A DNA stretch of 64,000 bases from Longimicrobiales bacterium (GTDB lineage: Bacteria; Gemmatimonadota; Gemmatimonadetes; Longimicrobiales; Gaopeijiaceae): positions 1,056,001 to 1,120,000 of the forward strand of contig CBDFIQ010000001.1 of the NCBI GenBank assembly GCA_965248195.1, given 5' to 3'. Shown one piece after another: positions 11,067 to 20,178 of the stretch. The notes beneath the pieces are model-generated. The model saw only the letters and a list, made by a program, of their open reading frames with translations. It was not told the origin of the DNA and searched no databases. Numbering within the stretch: the first letter of the stretch is position 1; every line of letters begins with the position of its first letter. Both the position numbers and the translations under genes were made by a program.

Positions 11067-12293
11067 TCACGGGCTCGTCGGGTCCATGATTCGCCCCATG
11101 AACAGCACGGCGCCGGTCTCGTCGTCCCGAATCAGGAACACGAAAGGCCTGTCGACGTGGAACGGGATGGGCTCGGGTGGCTCTTCTTCCCGCAAAGCTT
11201 CACCCAGGAAGTCCATCATGGTGGCTGCCGCCGCTTCGGTCCCCTTCTCATCCACCTTCACCCAAGCGTCGTGCATGACGTCGGAGATGCTCAGCCCCTC
11301 GGGATCATCGGTCACGCCGGAGAAGTCGGACCGAGTCGCATCGAAGCCCGCCTCGATGCCTAATCCCCGGAGCGCTTCACCGAGCCGGGACGTAGAGCGC
11401 ACCTCGAAGCGAGGAAGCTTGAGATCGACGAGGGTGGACTGCAATCCGGCAACGACGCGATCGAGGAATGCAGCGTCCAGCGCGTCCTCCAACGCCGCCA
11501 ACCGACCCGCGCCGGGAAGCAGGACCACCATCGACATGGCCTCGTAGGGAATCGACACGGCTTCCACGCCGAGCGCCTCGTCGGCCCAGTATCGGAGGTT
11601 CAGCTCTTGCTTCATCATCCTGACCTCCACCGTATCCGCTCCCCCCGATTCGGACGACAGGAAGAACGGCTCCGGGGAAGTGGAGGATGCGCTGAAGGGG
11701 TTGCTCCACGCCGCCTTGAAGTAGACGGCGTTCGCCAGCACGAGGCGGGTCAGAGGGTCCAGGCCCCCGGACGAGACCAGGGTCGGGATCTTGCCTTGGG
11801 TCTGCTCCGAGACCCATCCGTTGATGAGCCCCGCGGCCTCGGCGGCCGCGTTGAAGTCCAAAGAGAAGAGCTCGGCCCTGAAGTGGTCTGTCACCGTGTC
11901 ACGGTAGGACGCCAGGATCGGGTACGCTTCCTGGACGAACAAGGCGGTGGCGATGTTGAGGGTGAAGAGGTCCCTCGCGACTTGTCGGGGCTCGCCGTTT
12001 TCGTACTCCCACGATGTCTCCTTGCGATTAAACAGACTCTGGAGGAGCGCAGAAGCGCTCTCTTGCGCCGGTCCGTTCAGTCCGTGGAGGCCTAACACCG
12101 CTTCGATCTCCTCCCGGGTGGCCCCCCCCGCGCCGGGGACCAGCGCCGAAATGGCCATGGAGATGCTCAGGGGGGAAAAGAAGGAGTTGCCGCCGTCACC
12201 CAACTCACCATACAGGCGAAGGCCGAAGGCGTTGAAGCCCCTGGCGAGATCCTGTGCCCCGGACAAGGTCGCGGGAGACTCGGCGTCGTGCAT
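11067..12293 (-). CDS. serpin family protein
   Basis: FSPLSI, LANAVYFKAAW, hinge EKGTEAAAAT, FHVDRPFVFLIRD...LFMGRI. Confidence 0.95.
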   Translation of the reverse strand: MHDAESPATLSGAQDLARGFNAFGLRLYGELGDGGNSFFSPLSISMAISALVPGAGGATREEIEAVLGLHGLNGPAQESASALLQSLFNRKETSWEYENGEPRQVARDLFTLNIATALFVQEAYPILASYRDTVTDHFRAELFSLDFNAAAEAAGLINGWVSEQTQGKIPTLVSSGGLDPLTRLVLANAVYFKAAWSNPFSASSTSPEPFFLSSESGGADTVEVRMMKQELNLRYWADEALGVEAVSIPYEAMSMVVLLPGAGRLAALEDALDAAFLDRVVAGLQSTLVDLKLPRFEVRSTSRLGEALRGLGIEAGFDATRSDFSGVTDDPEGLSISDVMHDAWVKVDEKGTEAAAATMMDFLGEALREEEPPEPIPFHVDRPFVFLIRDDETGAVLFMGRIMDPTSP

Positions 12294-12389
12294 AGCTCAA
12301 AGTAGCCTCAAACTTCTTGCGGTCCACTCCCGAGCCGGGAAGCTTTGAATCATGCGGATCAGCGATCTTTTGGGAGAAAGGAAACGAGC

Positions 12390-12974
12390 ATGTCCGACGA
12401 GATCTCGCCCGCCGACGCGGCGCGGCACGATGAGATCGTCGATGAGGGCTGGTCCCTCGTAGAGGGCGAAGTCTTCCTCGACGGGAGCGGCCCCTCCGGA
12501 AGGCCGGGGATGTTCGCACGGCGCAAGCTGCAGAAAGCGATCGAGCGCTTCCAGAGGGCCTTGGAGATCAACCCCAAGGGGTGGCAGTCCATGTGGATTC
12601 TGGGAAAGATCCACCAACGGCTGGAAAGCGAGGCGGAATCCCTCTTCTGGTTCAAGAAGGCGATGGCGCTCGCCCCGGATCAACCCGACGTGGCTCGGGA
12701 GACCGGGCTCGCTGCCTTCGCGGCCGGGAACACGGAGCTCGCGCTCCAGTGCTGTCAGGCCGCCCTGGACGCCCGCCCCGACGACGCTGGACTCATGGCG
12801 AACCTGGCTTTGGCCCACCTTCTGCGCGGCGGCCTAGCCCAGGCCGAGGGCTTCGTGAGCAAGGCGCTGGAGCTGGTCCCTCACGACCCGGTCTCCGAAC
12901 ACCTGTCGCAGATCATCCGAGAAGTTACGGAGGGAACGAGGCCGCAGCCCGCGAGCATCCACGACATTAGCTAG
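12390..12974 (+). CDS. tetratricopeptide repeat protein
   Basis: Repeating A..F..AL..P helical pattern; RBS AAGGA. Confidence 0.75.
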   Translation: MSDEISPADAARHDEIVDEGWSLVEGEVFLDGSGPSGRPGMFARRKLQKAIERFQRALEINPKGWQSMWILGKIHQRLESEAESLFWFKKAMALAPDQPDVARETGLAAFAAGNTELALQCCQAALDARPDDAGLMANLALAHLLRGGLAQAEGFVSKALELVPHDPVSEHLSQIIREVTEGTRPQPASIHDIS

Positions 12975-13019
12975 GCCTCGAGGGTGGCGAGACCATGGTG
13001 AACTCATTATCATGGGTTC

Positions 13020-13346
13020 ATGAACTACGATCATGAAGACAACAAACGCCAAACAAAACGTGTGCGGGAGCCCGCGCAAGTTTATTTGGATTCCCCCGAG
13101 CAGGAGCGCCTCGAGCGTTTGACTGCGGAGTTGGACACCACCAAGTCCGACGTGCTCCGCCGCGGTCTGGAGGCGTTGGAGCGGGAGCTGTTCGATCCGG
13201 AGCACCATCCGGCCCTTCAGATCATCGGGATCGCGGGAGTGGAGCGAGGTGGGGAGGGCGACTTCGACGTAGCGCGGGAGCACGACCGATTCCTCGCCGG
13301 CCTCGAGGACCGACGGCTCTCGGACGAGGGGTCCGGTGGCGGCTGA
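13020..13346 (+). CDS. CopG/RHH-type antitoxin
   Basis: QVYL beta strand followed by SDVLRRGL helix, AREHDRFL; overlaps PIN gene. Confidence 0.75.
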   Translation: MNYDHEDNKRQTKRVREPAQVYLDSPEQERLERLTAELDTTKSDVLRRGLEALERELFDPEHHPALQIIGIAGVERGGEGDFDVAREHDRFLAGLEDRRLSDEGSGGG

Positions 13347-13752
13347 GTTGTTTGTGGACACCAGCGCTTGGTATCCGATCGCAGTGCCGGATCATCCCGA
13401 CCACAGGGCCCTGGCGGACGCACTGACGGCGGCGGTCCGTGGTAGCCGGCGGGTTGTGACGACCAACTTGATTGTGGCCGAGACGTACGCGCTGCTGTTG
13501 TGCCGCGCGCGGCGGCGGGCGGCTTTGGGCTTCCTCCATGCGGTACGACGATCACCGAACGAAGTGGTGAGCGCGACGCCCGATCTAGAGAACCGCGCGA
13601 TCACCCATTGGCTCGAGCGCTACGAAGATCAGGACTTCTCTCTCGCCGATGCCGTCAGCTTCGAGGTGATGGCTGGGCGGGGGATCCGCGAAGTGCTGAC
13701 GCTGGATCATCACTTCTCCGCGGCGGGATTCGTGATGGTTCCGGCGCCGTGA
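13336..13752 (+). CDS. PIN-domain (VapC-like) toxin
   Basis: FVDTSAW, IVAET, SLADAVSF, TLDHHF acidic PIN motifs. Confidence 0.9.
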   Translation: MAAELFVDTSAWYPIAVPDHPDHRALADALTAAVRGSRRVVTTNLIVAETYALLLCRARRRAALGFLHAVRRSPNEVVSATPDLENRAITHWLERYEDQDFSLADAVSFEVMAGRGIREVLTLDHHFSAAGFVMVPAP

Positions 13753-13774
13753 GCGCGCCCCGCATGCCGGGCGG

Positions 13775-14677
13775 CTAGAACTTCAAGGAGAACGTGAGCT
13801 CCGTCAGTTTCTGCTGTCGGAAACCACGTTTTCGACTCTCACCGTTGGTGTGTTTGAGAGACACGCCAGCCCTCGTCCCGGCATCCGTTTTCAAGAACCA
13901 CACGTTCGCGTCCGCCGTCACCAACTGATGACCACGGTCCAGCTGATCGGGATCGGCAGTTTCCTGCAAGTCGTAGACGTAGGAGTACTCGACGGTCAGT
14001 TCGAGCCGTTTTGATAAATGCGAAGGCAGCGGAATCAGCTCCGCCCGCACCCCACTGACTGCCCGGACAACGGAGTTTAAGCGGGACTCGTCCGCCGCGC
14101 TCACCACGCTCTCGTGCTCGAGACCGATGGACGGGCTGTAGGTGAACTCCACAGCCGAGCCAAATTGGCTTGCGACATTCGGGAGAAAGAGATTCGCGAG
14201 ACCGCCGCCCCGGTCCTCCGCCACCGGCGTGAAGAGCAGGTCCGTCACCACCGACCTGGTGGAGCGCTCGAAATCGTTCTTATAGAAGACGCGTGCAGCC
14301 AGGACCGCGCTCCATTTTCCCCCTTCCCCCTCCGCCTCGCGAGTCTGCCAGTTCGTCGACAGCCCGACCGTAAAGACGTTTTGCGGCTTCTTGATGTTCG
14401 ACAGCAGTCGGTATTCGACGAACGGGCCGATATCGATCTTCTGGCCCAGACTCTCGAAACCGAAGCCGACCCGCATGGCTGACCGGATGCTGTACGAAGC
14501 GGTGGTATCATCGGGTAGGAGGACGCTGAACGATGCTGGCTTAACTTTTTTCGCCTTGCCCGAGAACTTGCCCGAGAACGAGTCTTGGAAGGTGATACGG
14601 TCCAAGATCTGGCCCACGGCCTCCGTGCTGGAGCCCAGTAGCAGGGCCAGGACGATGAGTAGCGTGGGTCTCGTCAT
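13775..14677 (-). CDS. secreted hypothetical protein, possible outer-membrane beta-barrel
   Basis: Signal peptide, alternating beta patterns, terminal Phe. Confidence 0.55.
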   Translation of the reverse strand: MTRPTLLIVLALLLGSSTEAVGQILDRITFQDSFSGKFSGKAKKVKPASFSVLLPDDTTASYSIRSAMRVGFGFESLGQKIDIGPFVEYRLLSNIKKPQNVFTVGLSTNWQTREAEGEGGKWSAVLAARVFYKNDFERSTRSVVTDLLFTPVAEDRGGGLANLFLPNVASQFGSAVEFTYSPSIGLEHESVVSAADESRLNSVVRAVSGVRAELIPLPSHLSKRLELTVEYSYVYDLQETADPDQLDRGHQLVTADANVWFLKTDAGTRAGVSLKHTNGESRKRGFRQQKLTELTFSLKF

Positions 14678-14693
14678 AGGACGCGCCGGGTCC

Positions 14694-15242
14694 CTACCGG
14701 CTCCAGGGCGGCACGATCTGGTTCATGCGCGCGTAGGCGATCGACTGGCCTAGGTGCTCGTGCATGTCCCCGACCGCGAGGCCGACGACGCCGGCTGCGT
14801 TCGTCGCTTGTCCGAACCACGCGGCGTCGGCGCCAAGATCGGCCGCCGTCATGTTCCGGCACGAGTCGATCATATAGTTCCACGCACGCTCGATCTCCCC
14901 GATGACGTCTGCCTTCGACATGGCGGCCACTCTGGCGGTCTCGGGGCCGAAACCCGAGGCGGCACCCATCGGAGGATCCGCTCCCCACATGCCGGGGAAG
15001 ATGTGGCCTTCGGCCACCATGAGGACCATGACGTCGCGCACCGAGCGCACACCCTCCATTGGCGCCCAATCCCACGTGTCTTCGGGAAACGCCTCGGCCA
15101 GGGAGAGGAATTTGTCCCGCATCTGCTCGAGGTCGGCTACCGTCTGGTCCTGCCACGCCTGCATTCCGCCCCCCTGGGCGGCACCAGCCGTGGGCAGCAG
15201 AAACAGCGCTCCCGCGATCAACCACATGCAACGTTTTGTCAT
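14694..15242 (-). CDS. DinB-family protein with signal peptide
   Basis: LAEAFPEDTWDWAPMEGVRSV, HEHLGQSIAYARMNQIVPPWS. Confidence 0.8.
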   Translation of the reverse strand: MTKRCMWLIAGALFLLPTAGAAQGGGMQAWQDQTVADLEQMRDKFLSLAEAFPEDTWDWAPMEGVRSVRDVMVLMVAEGHIFPGMWGADPPMGAASGFGPETARVAAMSKADVIGEIERAWNYMIDSCRNMTAADLGADAAWFGQATNAAGVVGLAVGDMHEHLGQSIAYARMNQIVPPWSR

Positions 15243-15337
15243 CGTCGACTCTCCCCCGGTGGAGGACAAGAGTGCGTAAGCCAATGTACTACGTAATCGT
15301 GTGCTGCGCCGCCCCCCGGAGGGCATGAGGGCCAGGG

Positions 15338-15366
15338 TTGAACCTTTGTCTTCTCTCGAATACCTT
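15338..15366 (+). promoter_or_regulatory. sigma70-like promoter of the tRNA cluster
   Basis: TTGAAC-17 bp-TACCTT, 11 bp before tRNA-fMet. Confidence 0.55.
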
Positions 15367-15377
15367 TCGATCTTCAC

Positions 15378-15451
<74 letters not shown>

Positions 15452-15456
15452 CTTTG

Positions 15457-15483
15457 AAACACGCCGCCTTCGGGCGGCGTTTG
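15457..15483 (+). terminator. hairpin ACGCCGCC-TTCG-GGCGGCGT followed by TTG
   Basis: Perfect 8-bp stem with UUCG loop, short U tract. Confidence 0.5.
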
Positions 15484-15517
15484 TATGTTCATACTTTCGG
15501 GATCCAGGGAGTCGTCG

Positions 15518-15610
15518 ATGTTCAGGACCGACGCGCAGCAGGCCCGCGGATGGACGATGGCGGACACGTGGTCTAGCCCGGGCGGGTGGGCCGTCGAGGG
15601 GCGCCTCTAG
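15518..15610 (+). CDS. putative 30-aa leader peptide MFRTDAQQARGWTMADTWSSPGGWAVEGRL
   Basis: RBS AGGGAG 6 nt upstream; three TGG codons; ends 30 nt before a terminator. Confidence 0.5.
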   Translation: MFRTDAQQARGWTMADTWSSPGGWAVEGRL

Positions 15611-15639
15611 CAAGCCCGGAGTGCGCACCCCTCGCCGAG

Positions 15640-15674
15640 CCGCCCGTCGCCGAAAGGCCGGGCGGATTTTTTTT
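15640..15674 (+). terminator. intrinsic terminator/attenuator immediately upstream of tRNA-Phe
   Basis: CCGCCCG..GCC-GAAA-GGC..CGGGCGG followed by A and T8. Confidence 0.75.
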
Positions 15675-15675
15675 G

Positions 15676-15748
15676 GGCCAGGTAGCTCAGTTGGTAGAGC
15701 ACGCGACTGAAAATCGTGGTGTCGGTGGTTCGATTCCGCCCCTGGCCA
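15676..15748 (+). tRNA. tRNA-Phe(GAA)
   Basis: cloverleaf, loop CTGAAAA. Confidence 0.95.
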
Positions 15749-15800
15749 CTGAAAGATTGAAATGGTGTAGACCGATGGGATGGCAAGGATCGGATGTCAG

Positions 15801-15873
15801 AGGTCCGTAGCTCAACTGGTAGAGCACCGGTCTCCAAAACCGGGGGTTGGGGGTTCGAGTCCCTCCGGGCCTG
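15801..15873 (+). tRNA. tRNA-Trp(CCA)
   Basis: cloverleaf, loop CTCCAAA. Confidence 0.95.
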
Positions 15874-15895
15874 TTCGAAAATTGGTAAGGGAGTC

Positions 15896-15967
15896 GCCCT
15901 CATCGTCTAATGGTTAGGACGCCAGGTTTTCAACCTGGTAATCGGGGTTCGATTCCCCGTGAGGGTA
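15896..15967 (+). tRNA. tRNA-Glu(TTC)
   Basis: cloverleaf, loop TTTTCAA. Confidence 0.9.
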
Positions 15968-15985
15968 TAATTGATGAAGTGCGTA

Positions 15986-16060
15986 GGGGCTGTAGCTCAG
16001 CTTGGTTAGAGTGCCGGTCTGTCACACCGGAGGTCGCGGGTTCAAGTCCCGTCAGCCCCG
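15986..16060 (+). tRNA. tRNA-Asp(GTC)
   Basis: cloverleaf, loop CTGTCAC. Confidence 0.95.
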
Positions 16061-16099
16061 CTCGAGACGCTGTTTGACAGAGATCAGGTTGATTGTGTT

Positions 16100-16172
<73 letters not shown>

Positions 16173-16210
16173 CTGGTGCGCCCGAACAGGGGTGCCCTAG
16201 GCACGAAGTC

Positions 16211-16295
16211 GCTCGGGTGGCGGAATTGGTAGACGCGCAGGGTTCAGGACCCTGTGGGGGTTAACCTCGTGAGGGTTCGAGTCCCTCCCCGAGCA
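16211..16295 (+). tRNA. tRNA-Leu(CAG)
   Basis: cloverleaf with long variable arm, loop TTCAGGA. Confidence 0.93.
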
Positions 16296-16328
16296 TGATT
16301 GGTGTGTAGGCCGGATGACATGGTTTGG

Positions 16329-16412
16329 GCCCACGTGCTGGAATTGGTAGACAGGCTGGTTTGAGGGACCAGTGTCGGAAACGGCGTACAGGTTCGAGTC
16401 CTGTCGTGGGCA
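16329..16412 (+). tRNA. tRNA-Leu(GAG)
   Basis: cloverleaf with long variable arm, loop TTGAGGG. Confidence 0.93.
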
Positions 16413-16543
16413 CTTTTTCGCGGACGCTTTTGGCGTAGGGCGGTGTCGGGACTGCGGACGGCCCTCGGTCGGCGTACGAATGTACGCCTCGGTCGGACCG
16501 CCTTGCCCTCCTACCCCTACACCAAAATCGCCTCGCGAAAAAG
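16413..16543. repeat. 131-bp imperfect palindrome (REP/MITE-like)
   Basis: CTTTTTCGCG/CGCGAAAAAG, TTTTGGCGTAGGG/CCCTACACCAAAA, inner GGCGTAC-GAAT-GTACGCC. Confidence 0.7.
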
Positions 16544-16640
16544 CGATGATCGGAAAGATACTTGGCGTGTTGATTGACGACGTCATTGTGATTCCTCGAG
16601 GACTTGGTCCTCTTGGATGACATTTTTTCATTGTGGTTTT

Positions 16641-16714
16641 GCGCCCGTAGCTCAGCTGGATAGAGTGCCTGGCTACGGACCAGGAGGTCGGGGGTTCGAA
16701 TCCCTCCGGGCGCG
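16641..16714 (+). tRNA. tRNA-Arg(ACG)
   Basis: cloverleaf, loop CTACGGA. Confidence 0.95.
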
Positions 16715-16736
16715 TTTTGATGATGGTGAGAGGATC

Positions 16737-16810
16737 GGGCGCGTAGCTCAGTTGGTTAGAGCGCTACGTTGACATCGTAGAGGTCAGAGGTTCGAGTCCT
16801 CTCGCGCCCA
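16737..16810 (+). tRNA. tRNA-Val(GAC)
   Basis: cloverleaf, loop TTGACAT. Confidence 0.95.
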
Positions 16811-16817
16811 TTGGGCC

Positions 16818-16890
16818 GGGGCCGTAGCTCAGTTGGGAGAGCGCAGCGTTCGCAACGCTGAGGTCAGGGGTTCGATTCCCCTCGGCTCCA
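16818..16890 (+). tRNA. tRNA-Ala(CGC)
   Basis: cloverleaf, loop TTCGCAA. Confidence 0.95.
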
Positions 16891-16896
16891 CTGGTG

Positions 16897-16969
16897 GCCA
16901 CCTTAGCTCAGCTGGTAGAGCACGTCACTCGTAATGACGGGGTCGTCGGTTCAAGTCCGACAGGTGGCT
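16897..16969 (+). tRNA. tRNA-Thr(CGT)
   Basis: cloverleaf, loop CTCGTAA. Confidence 0.95.
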
Positions 16970-16975
16970 CTGTCT

Positions 16976-17048
16976 TGCCCCTTGGTGTAACTGGCAACAC
17001 GCCGGATTCTGGTTCCGGAGAGTCTAGGTTCGAGCCCTAGAGGGGCAA
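16976..17048 (+). tRNA. tRNA-Gln(CTG)
   Basis: cloverleaf, loop TTCTGGT. Confidence 0.93.
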
Positions 17049-17057
17049 CTGTTCATG

Positions 17058-17141
17058 GGAGGGATGGCCGAGTGGCTTAAGGCGACGCCCTGCTAAGGCG
17101 TTGGACGCAAGTCCGCGTGGGTTCGAATCCCACTCCCTCCG
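17058..17141 (+). tRNA. tRNA-Ser(GCT)
   Basis: cloverleaf with long variable arm, loop CTGCTAA. Confidence 0.93.
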
Positions 17142-17210
17142 TTTTCGATAGATCGGCAGGGTGTCGTGGGATTCGTTCGAGCCTCCCAGTCCCCCGTTTG
17201 GTCTGAATTT

Positions 17211-17294
17211 GGATGGGTGGCCGAGCGGCTTAAGGCGCACGATTGGAAATCGTGTGGGTTAATACCCTCGTGGGTTCGAATCCCACCCCATCCG
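17211..17294 (+). tRNA. tRNA-Ser(GGA)
   Basis: cloverleaf with long variable arm, loop TTGGAAA. Confidence 0.93.
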
Positions 17295-17423
17295 CTTGGA
17301 GTTGCCGCAAGGCAACCAAGGGTGATTTGGGTCGTTGGGAACTCGGTCCCGCTCACTTTCCTGGGTGTTCGATGGCCCACGCGTCCCGTAGGAACGCGGT
17401 TTTGGGCGGTTGATGGTTGATTT

Positions 17424-17497
17424 CGGGGCGTGGCTCAGTCCGGTAGAGCGCTGCGTTCGGGACGCAGAGGTCCCCGGTTCAAATCCGGGCGCCCCGA
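17424..17497 (+). tRNA. tRNA-Pro(CGG)
   Basis: cloverleaf, loop TTCGGGA. Confidence 0.95.
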
Positions 17498-17513
17498 CTA
17501 GATTGCGACGTTT

Positions 17514-17596
17514 GGAGCCGTCGCATAATTGGTATTGCACCAGTCTCGAAAACTGGCGCCCGTGAGGGTGTGTGGGTTCGAGTCCCACCGGCTCCG
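17514..17596 (+). tRNA. tRNA-Ser(CGA), atypical D-arm
   Basis: GGAGCCG/CGGCTCCG acceptor stem, loop CTCGAAA, long variable arm. Confidence 0.85.
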
Positions 17597-17599
17597 CTT

Positions 17600-17633
17600 G
17601 GCCCTCCAGGTCCGTCACCTGGGGGGTCTTTTT
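17600..17633 (+). terminator. terminator of tRNA array
   Basis: GGCCCTCCAGGT..ACCTGGGGGGTC followed by TTTTT. Confidence 0.7.
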
Positions 17634-17687
17634 CGTTCTCTGAGAGGGCTGAGAGCTAGGCCGAGACGGGGTCTTGGGAGGGGGGTG

Positions 17688-19063
17688 GGTAGTGTCCCTA
17701 GATTTGTGTAAAAGCGGATAAGCCGGACAGGAGGGAAAGAAAAACGGAAGCTCCTCTGTTGTTGTTCACTGTCACATGAACCCGGGAGTCCGGGTCTGCA
17801 GAGCAGGCTCGGAACCGGAGAGGAGCTTCCGATGCAAGAGATTGTGGAGATCGGTCGGGCCACGCAAGACGAGCTACGCGATGATTTGCGCGAGCTGTTT
17901 CAAGGCGCGATCCGGCTGACGCTCGAGATGGTGCTGGAAGAGGAGCTGAAGGCCATGGTAGGTGCACGCCGCTTCGAGCGGGTGGGAAGCCGGAAGGACC
18001 ATAGGAACGGCACATACCTGAGGCGGCTGCTGACGAGCCTGGGGCAGATCGAGGTCGCCATGCCCCGGAGCCGGGACAACGGTTCGCCGGCCGACGTGAT
18101 CGGCCGCTACCAGCGCAGGAGCCCCGAGCTCGACGAGATGATGGTCGAGGCGTATGTGAGCGGCGTGTCACAGCGCAAGATGGGCGACGTCACCGAGGCG
18201 CTGATGGGCGAGCGTGTTGGGCGCTCGACGGTGAGTCGTGTGGCAAAACGGCTCGACGAGGCCGTGGAAGGGCTGCGCCGTGCGCCGATCGAGGGGCCTC
18301 ACCCCTATCTGTACCTGGACGCCACGTTCTTGGACGCCCGCTGGGCCCGCAAAGTCGAGAACGTGAGTGCGCTCGTGGCGTATGCAGTGGGCCCTGAGGG
18401 TCACCGACGGCTCCTGGCCGTCACGCTGGGCGCTGAGGAGTCGCAGCAGAGCTGGTCGGAGCTCCTCGAGCAACTCCAGGACCGCGGCCTCGGCGGTGTC
18501 GAGCTCGTGATCGCCGATGAGCACGCAGGCCTGGCAGCTGCGGTCCGCCGCTTCCTGCCCGAGGCACGCCGTCAGAGGTGTACGGTCCATCTGCAGCGTA
18601 ATGTGGGGGCGAGGGTCCCCCACCGCCTACGCAAGCGCGTGGCGCGTGAGGTCTCGGTGATCTTCCAGACATCCGGACTCGCCGAGGCGAAGAAGCTCCT
18701 GGGCGAGTTCGGCGCACGCTGGAAGAAGGAGCTGCCCGAGGCCGTGGAGGTCCTGGAGCGGGGCTTCGGGGCAGCGACGCAGTTCTACGCGTTCCCCGAG
18801 GCGCACTGGCCCCGGCTGCGTACCACCAACAGCCTCGAGCGGCTGCACGGCGAGATCAAACGCAGGATCAAGGCCGCCGGCGCCTTCCCGGACCGGGCCA
18901 GCGCCCTCAGGCTCATCACGGCCGTCGCACTCAGGACCACACACGTCTGGGGCGACCGGCGTTACCTCGACCTCTCACTCCTCCAGAAACAGGAGGTCGC
19001 CCAAGCAGCCTAGCCGAAGGCGAGGAGCTTCCTCCGCTTTTACACACAAATCGGGACTTGACC
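17688..19063 (+). mobile_element. IS256-family element copy 2 (transposase 17832..19013)
   Basis: Same TIRs as copy 1; 8-bp TSD GGGGGGTG. Confidence 0.97.
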
Positions 19064-19365
19064 GGGGGGTGTTGTAACGAGTGTTGTAGCGCTCTCACCT
19101 TCCAAGACCATATCCGATAGGCCACGATCGTAATCTGTACTCACCCTCTCGGGGTTGCCGATCTCGCTGCTGCCGCAGCATCACGAATTGGGTTCGTCAC
19201 CACGCTATCGAGCCAAGGCTATTCTTCATACCTCATGCTGCATGAGCAAGGGCGTGTCATGTTAGGGGTATCAGTGAACCTGATAGTGCTTCAGTGGGTC
19301 GCTGCGGGGTGTCAGCTCCCCACCTCTTCGGCACGACTGGGGAGGTCGGTGCTCCCCGGAGTCTA

Positions 19366-20178
19366 GGGCCTGTTAACACTATCTGAGGGCTTCGACGATG
19401 AGCGCGAAGTGGATGAAGGCGGTAAACATCACGTCGAGCTTGTCAAAGCGGGAGAAGATTCTTCTGAAGCCTTTGAGTCGCCGAAATAACCGCTCTATTT
19501 CGTTACGACGGCGATACATGACTCGGTCATACTGCCACGGGTTAACACGGCCCTGCTTGGGTGGCACGACCGGCGTAAACCCCAGCTCCAACACCAATTG
19601 CCGTGTTTCGCCCCCCTCGTACGCCCGGTCCATGATCATGGACACTGTGGAATGTACCGGCTTCAACGTGCGTAGCAGTTCCCGTCCTTCCGGCGCGTCG
19701 TGCTTGTGGCCTGGCGATAGCGAGAAGGTTATCGCGGTTCGAGCATCTGCGGCAACCATATGAATCTTGGTGGTCCAGCCTCCACGCGACTTGCCGATGG
19801 CCTGCGGGCCGTTTTTTTTAGAGCGCCGGTGCCATCAGGGTGCACCTTGACGATGGTACTGTCGATCGACAGAGCTTGGATCTTGATCCGGATAATTTGC
19901 TCGTCTTGCAGGGCCGCAAAGACACGATCCAGCACACCTGCCCTGGCCCAGCGATTCATTCGGGTGTAGATCGTATGCCAGTTACCGAAACGCGGAGGCA
20001 ACCCCCGCCATTTGCAGCCGTGTTCGGCCACATACAGGATCGCGTTAAGCACTTCGAGATTGGAGATGCTCACATTGCCGCGCTGATGCGGAAAGCAAGC
20101 CTCTATCCGACGATATTGGGACTCTGTGATTTTCATAGCCCCAATATACTACAAATTGCCCTTAGTGTTAACAGACCC
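19366..20178 (-). mobile_element. IS5-family (IS427-like) element, frameshifted transposase 20136..19379
   Basis: TIR GGGCCTGTTAACACTA / GGGTCTGTTAACACTA in CTAG target; two overlapping ORFs joined at an A8 run; IDST, DRAY, RNEIER. Confidence 0.9.

Noticed and set aside
19064..19095. GTTGTAACGAGTGTTGTAGC as attI for the plus-oriented array
   Set aside because: Core does not fit GTTRRRY, AAC-GTT spacing is 4 bp, no adjacent integrase; cannot be supported
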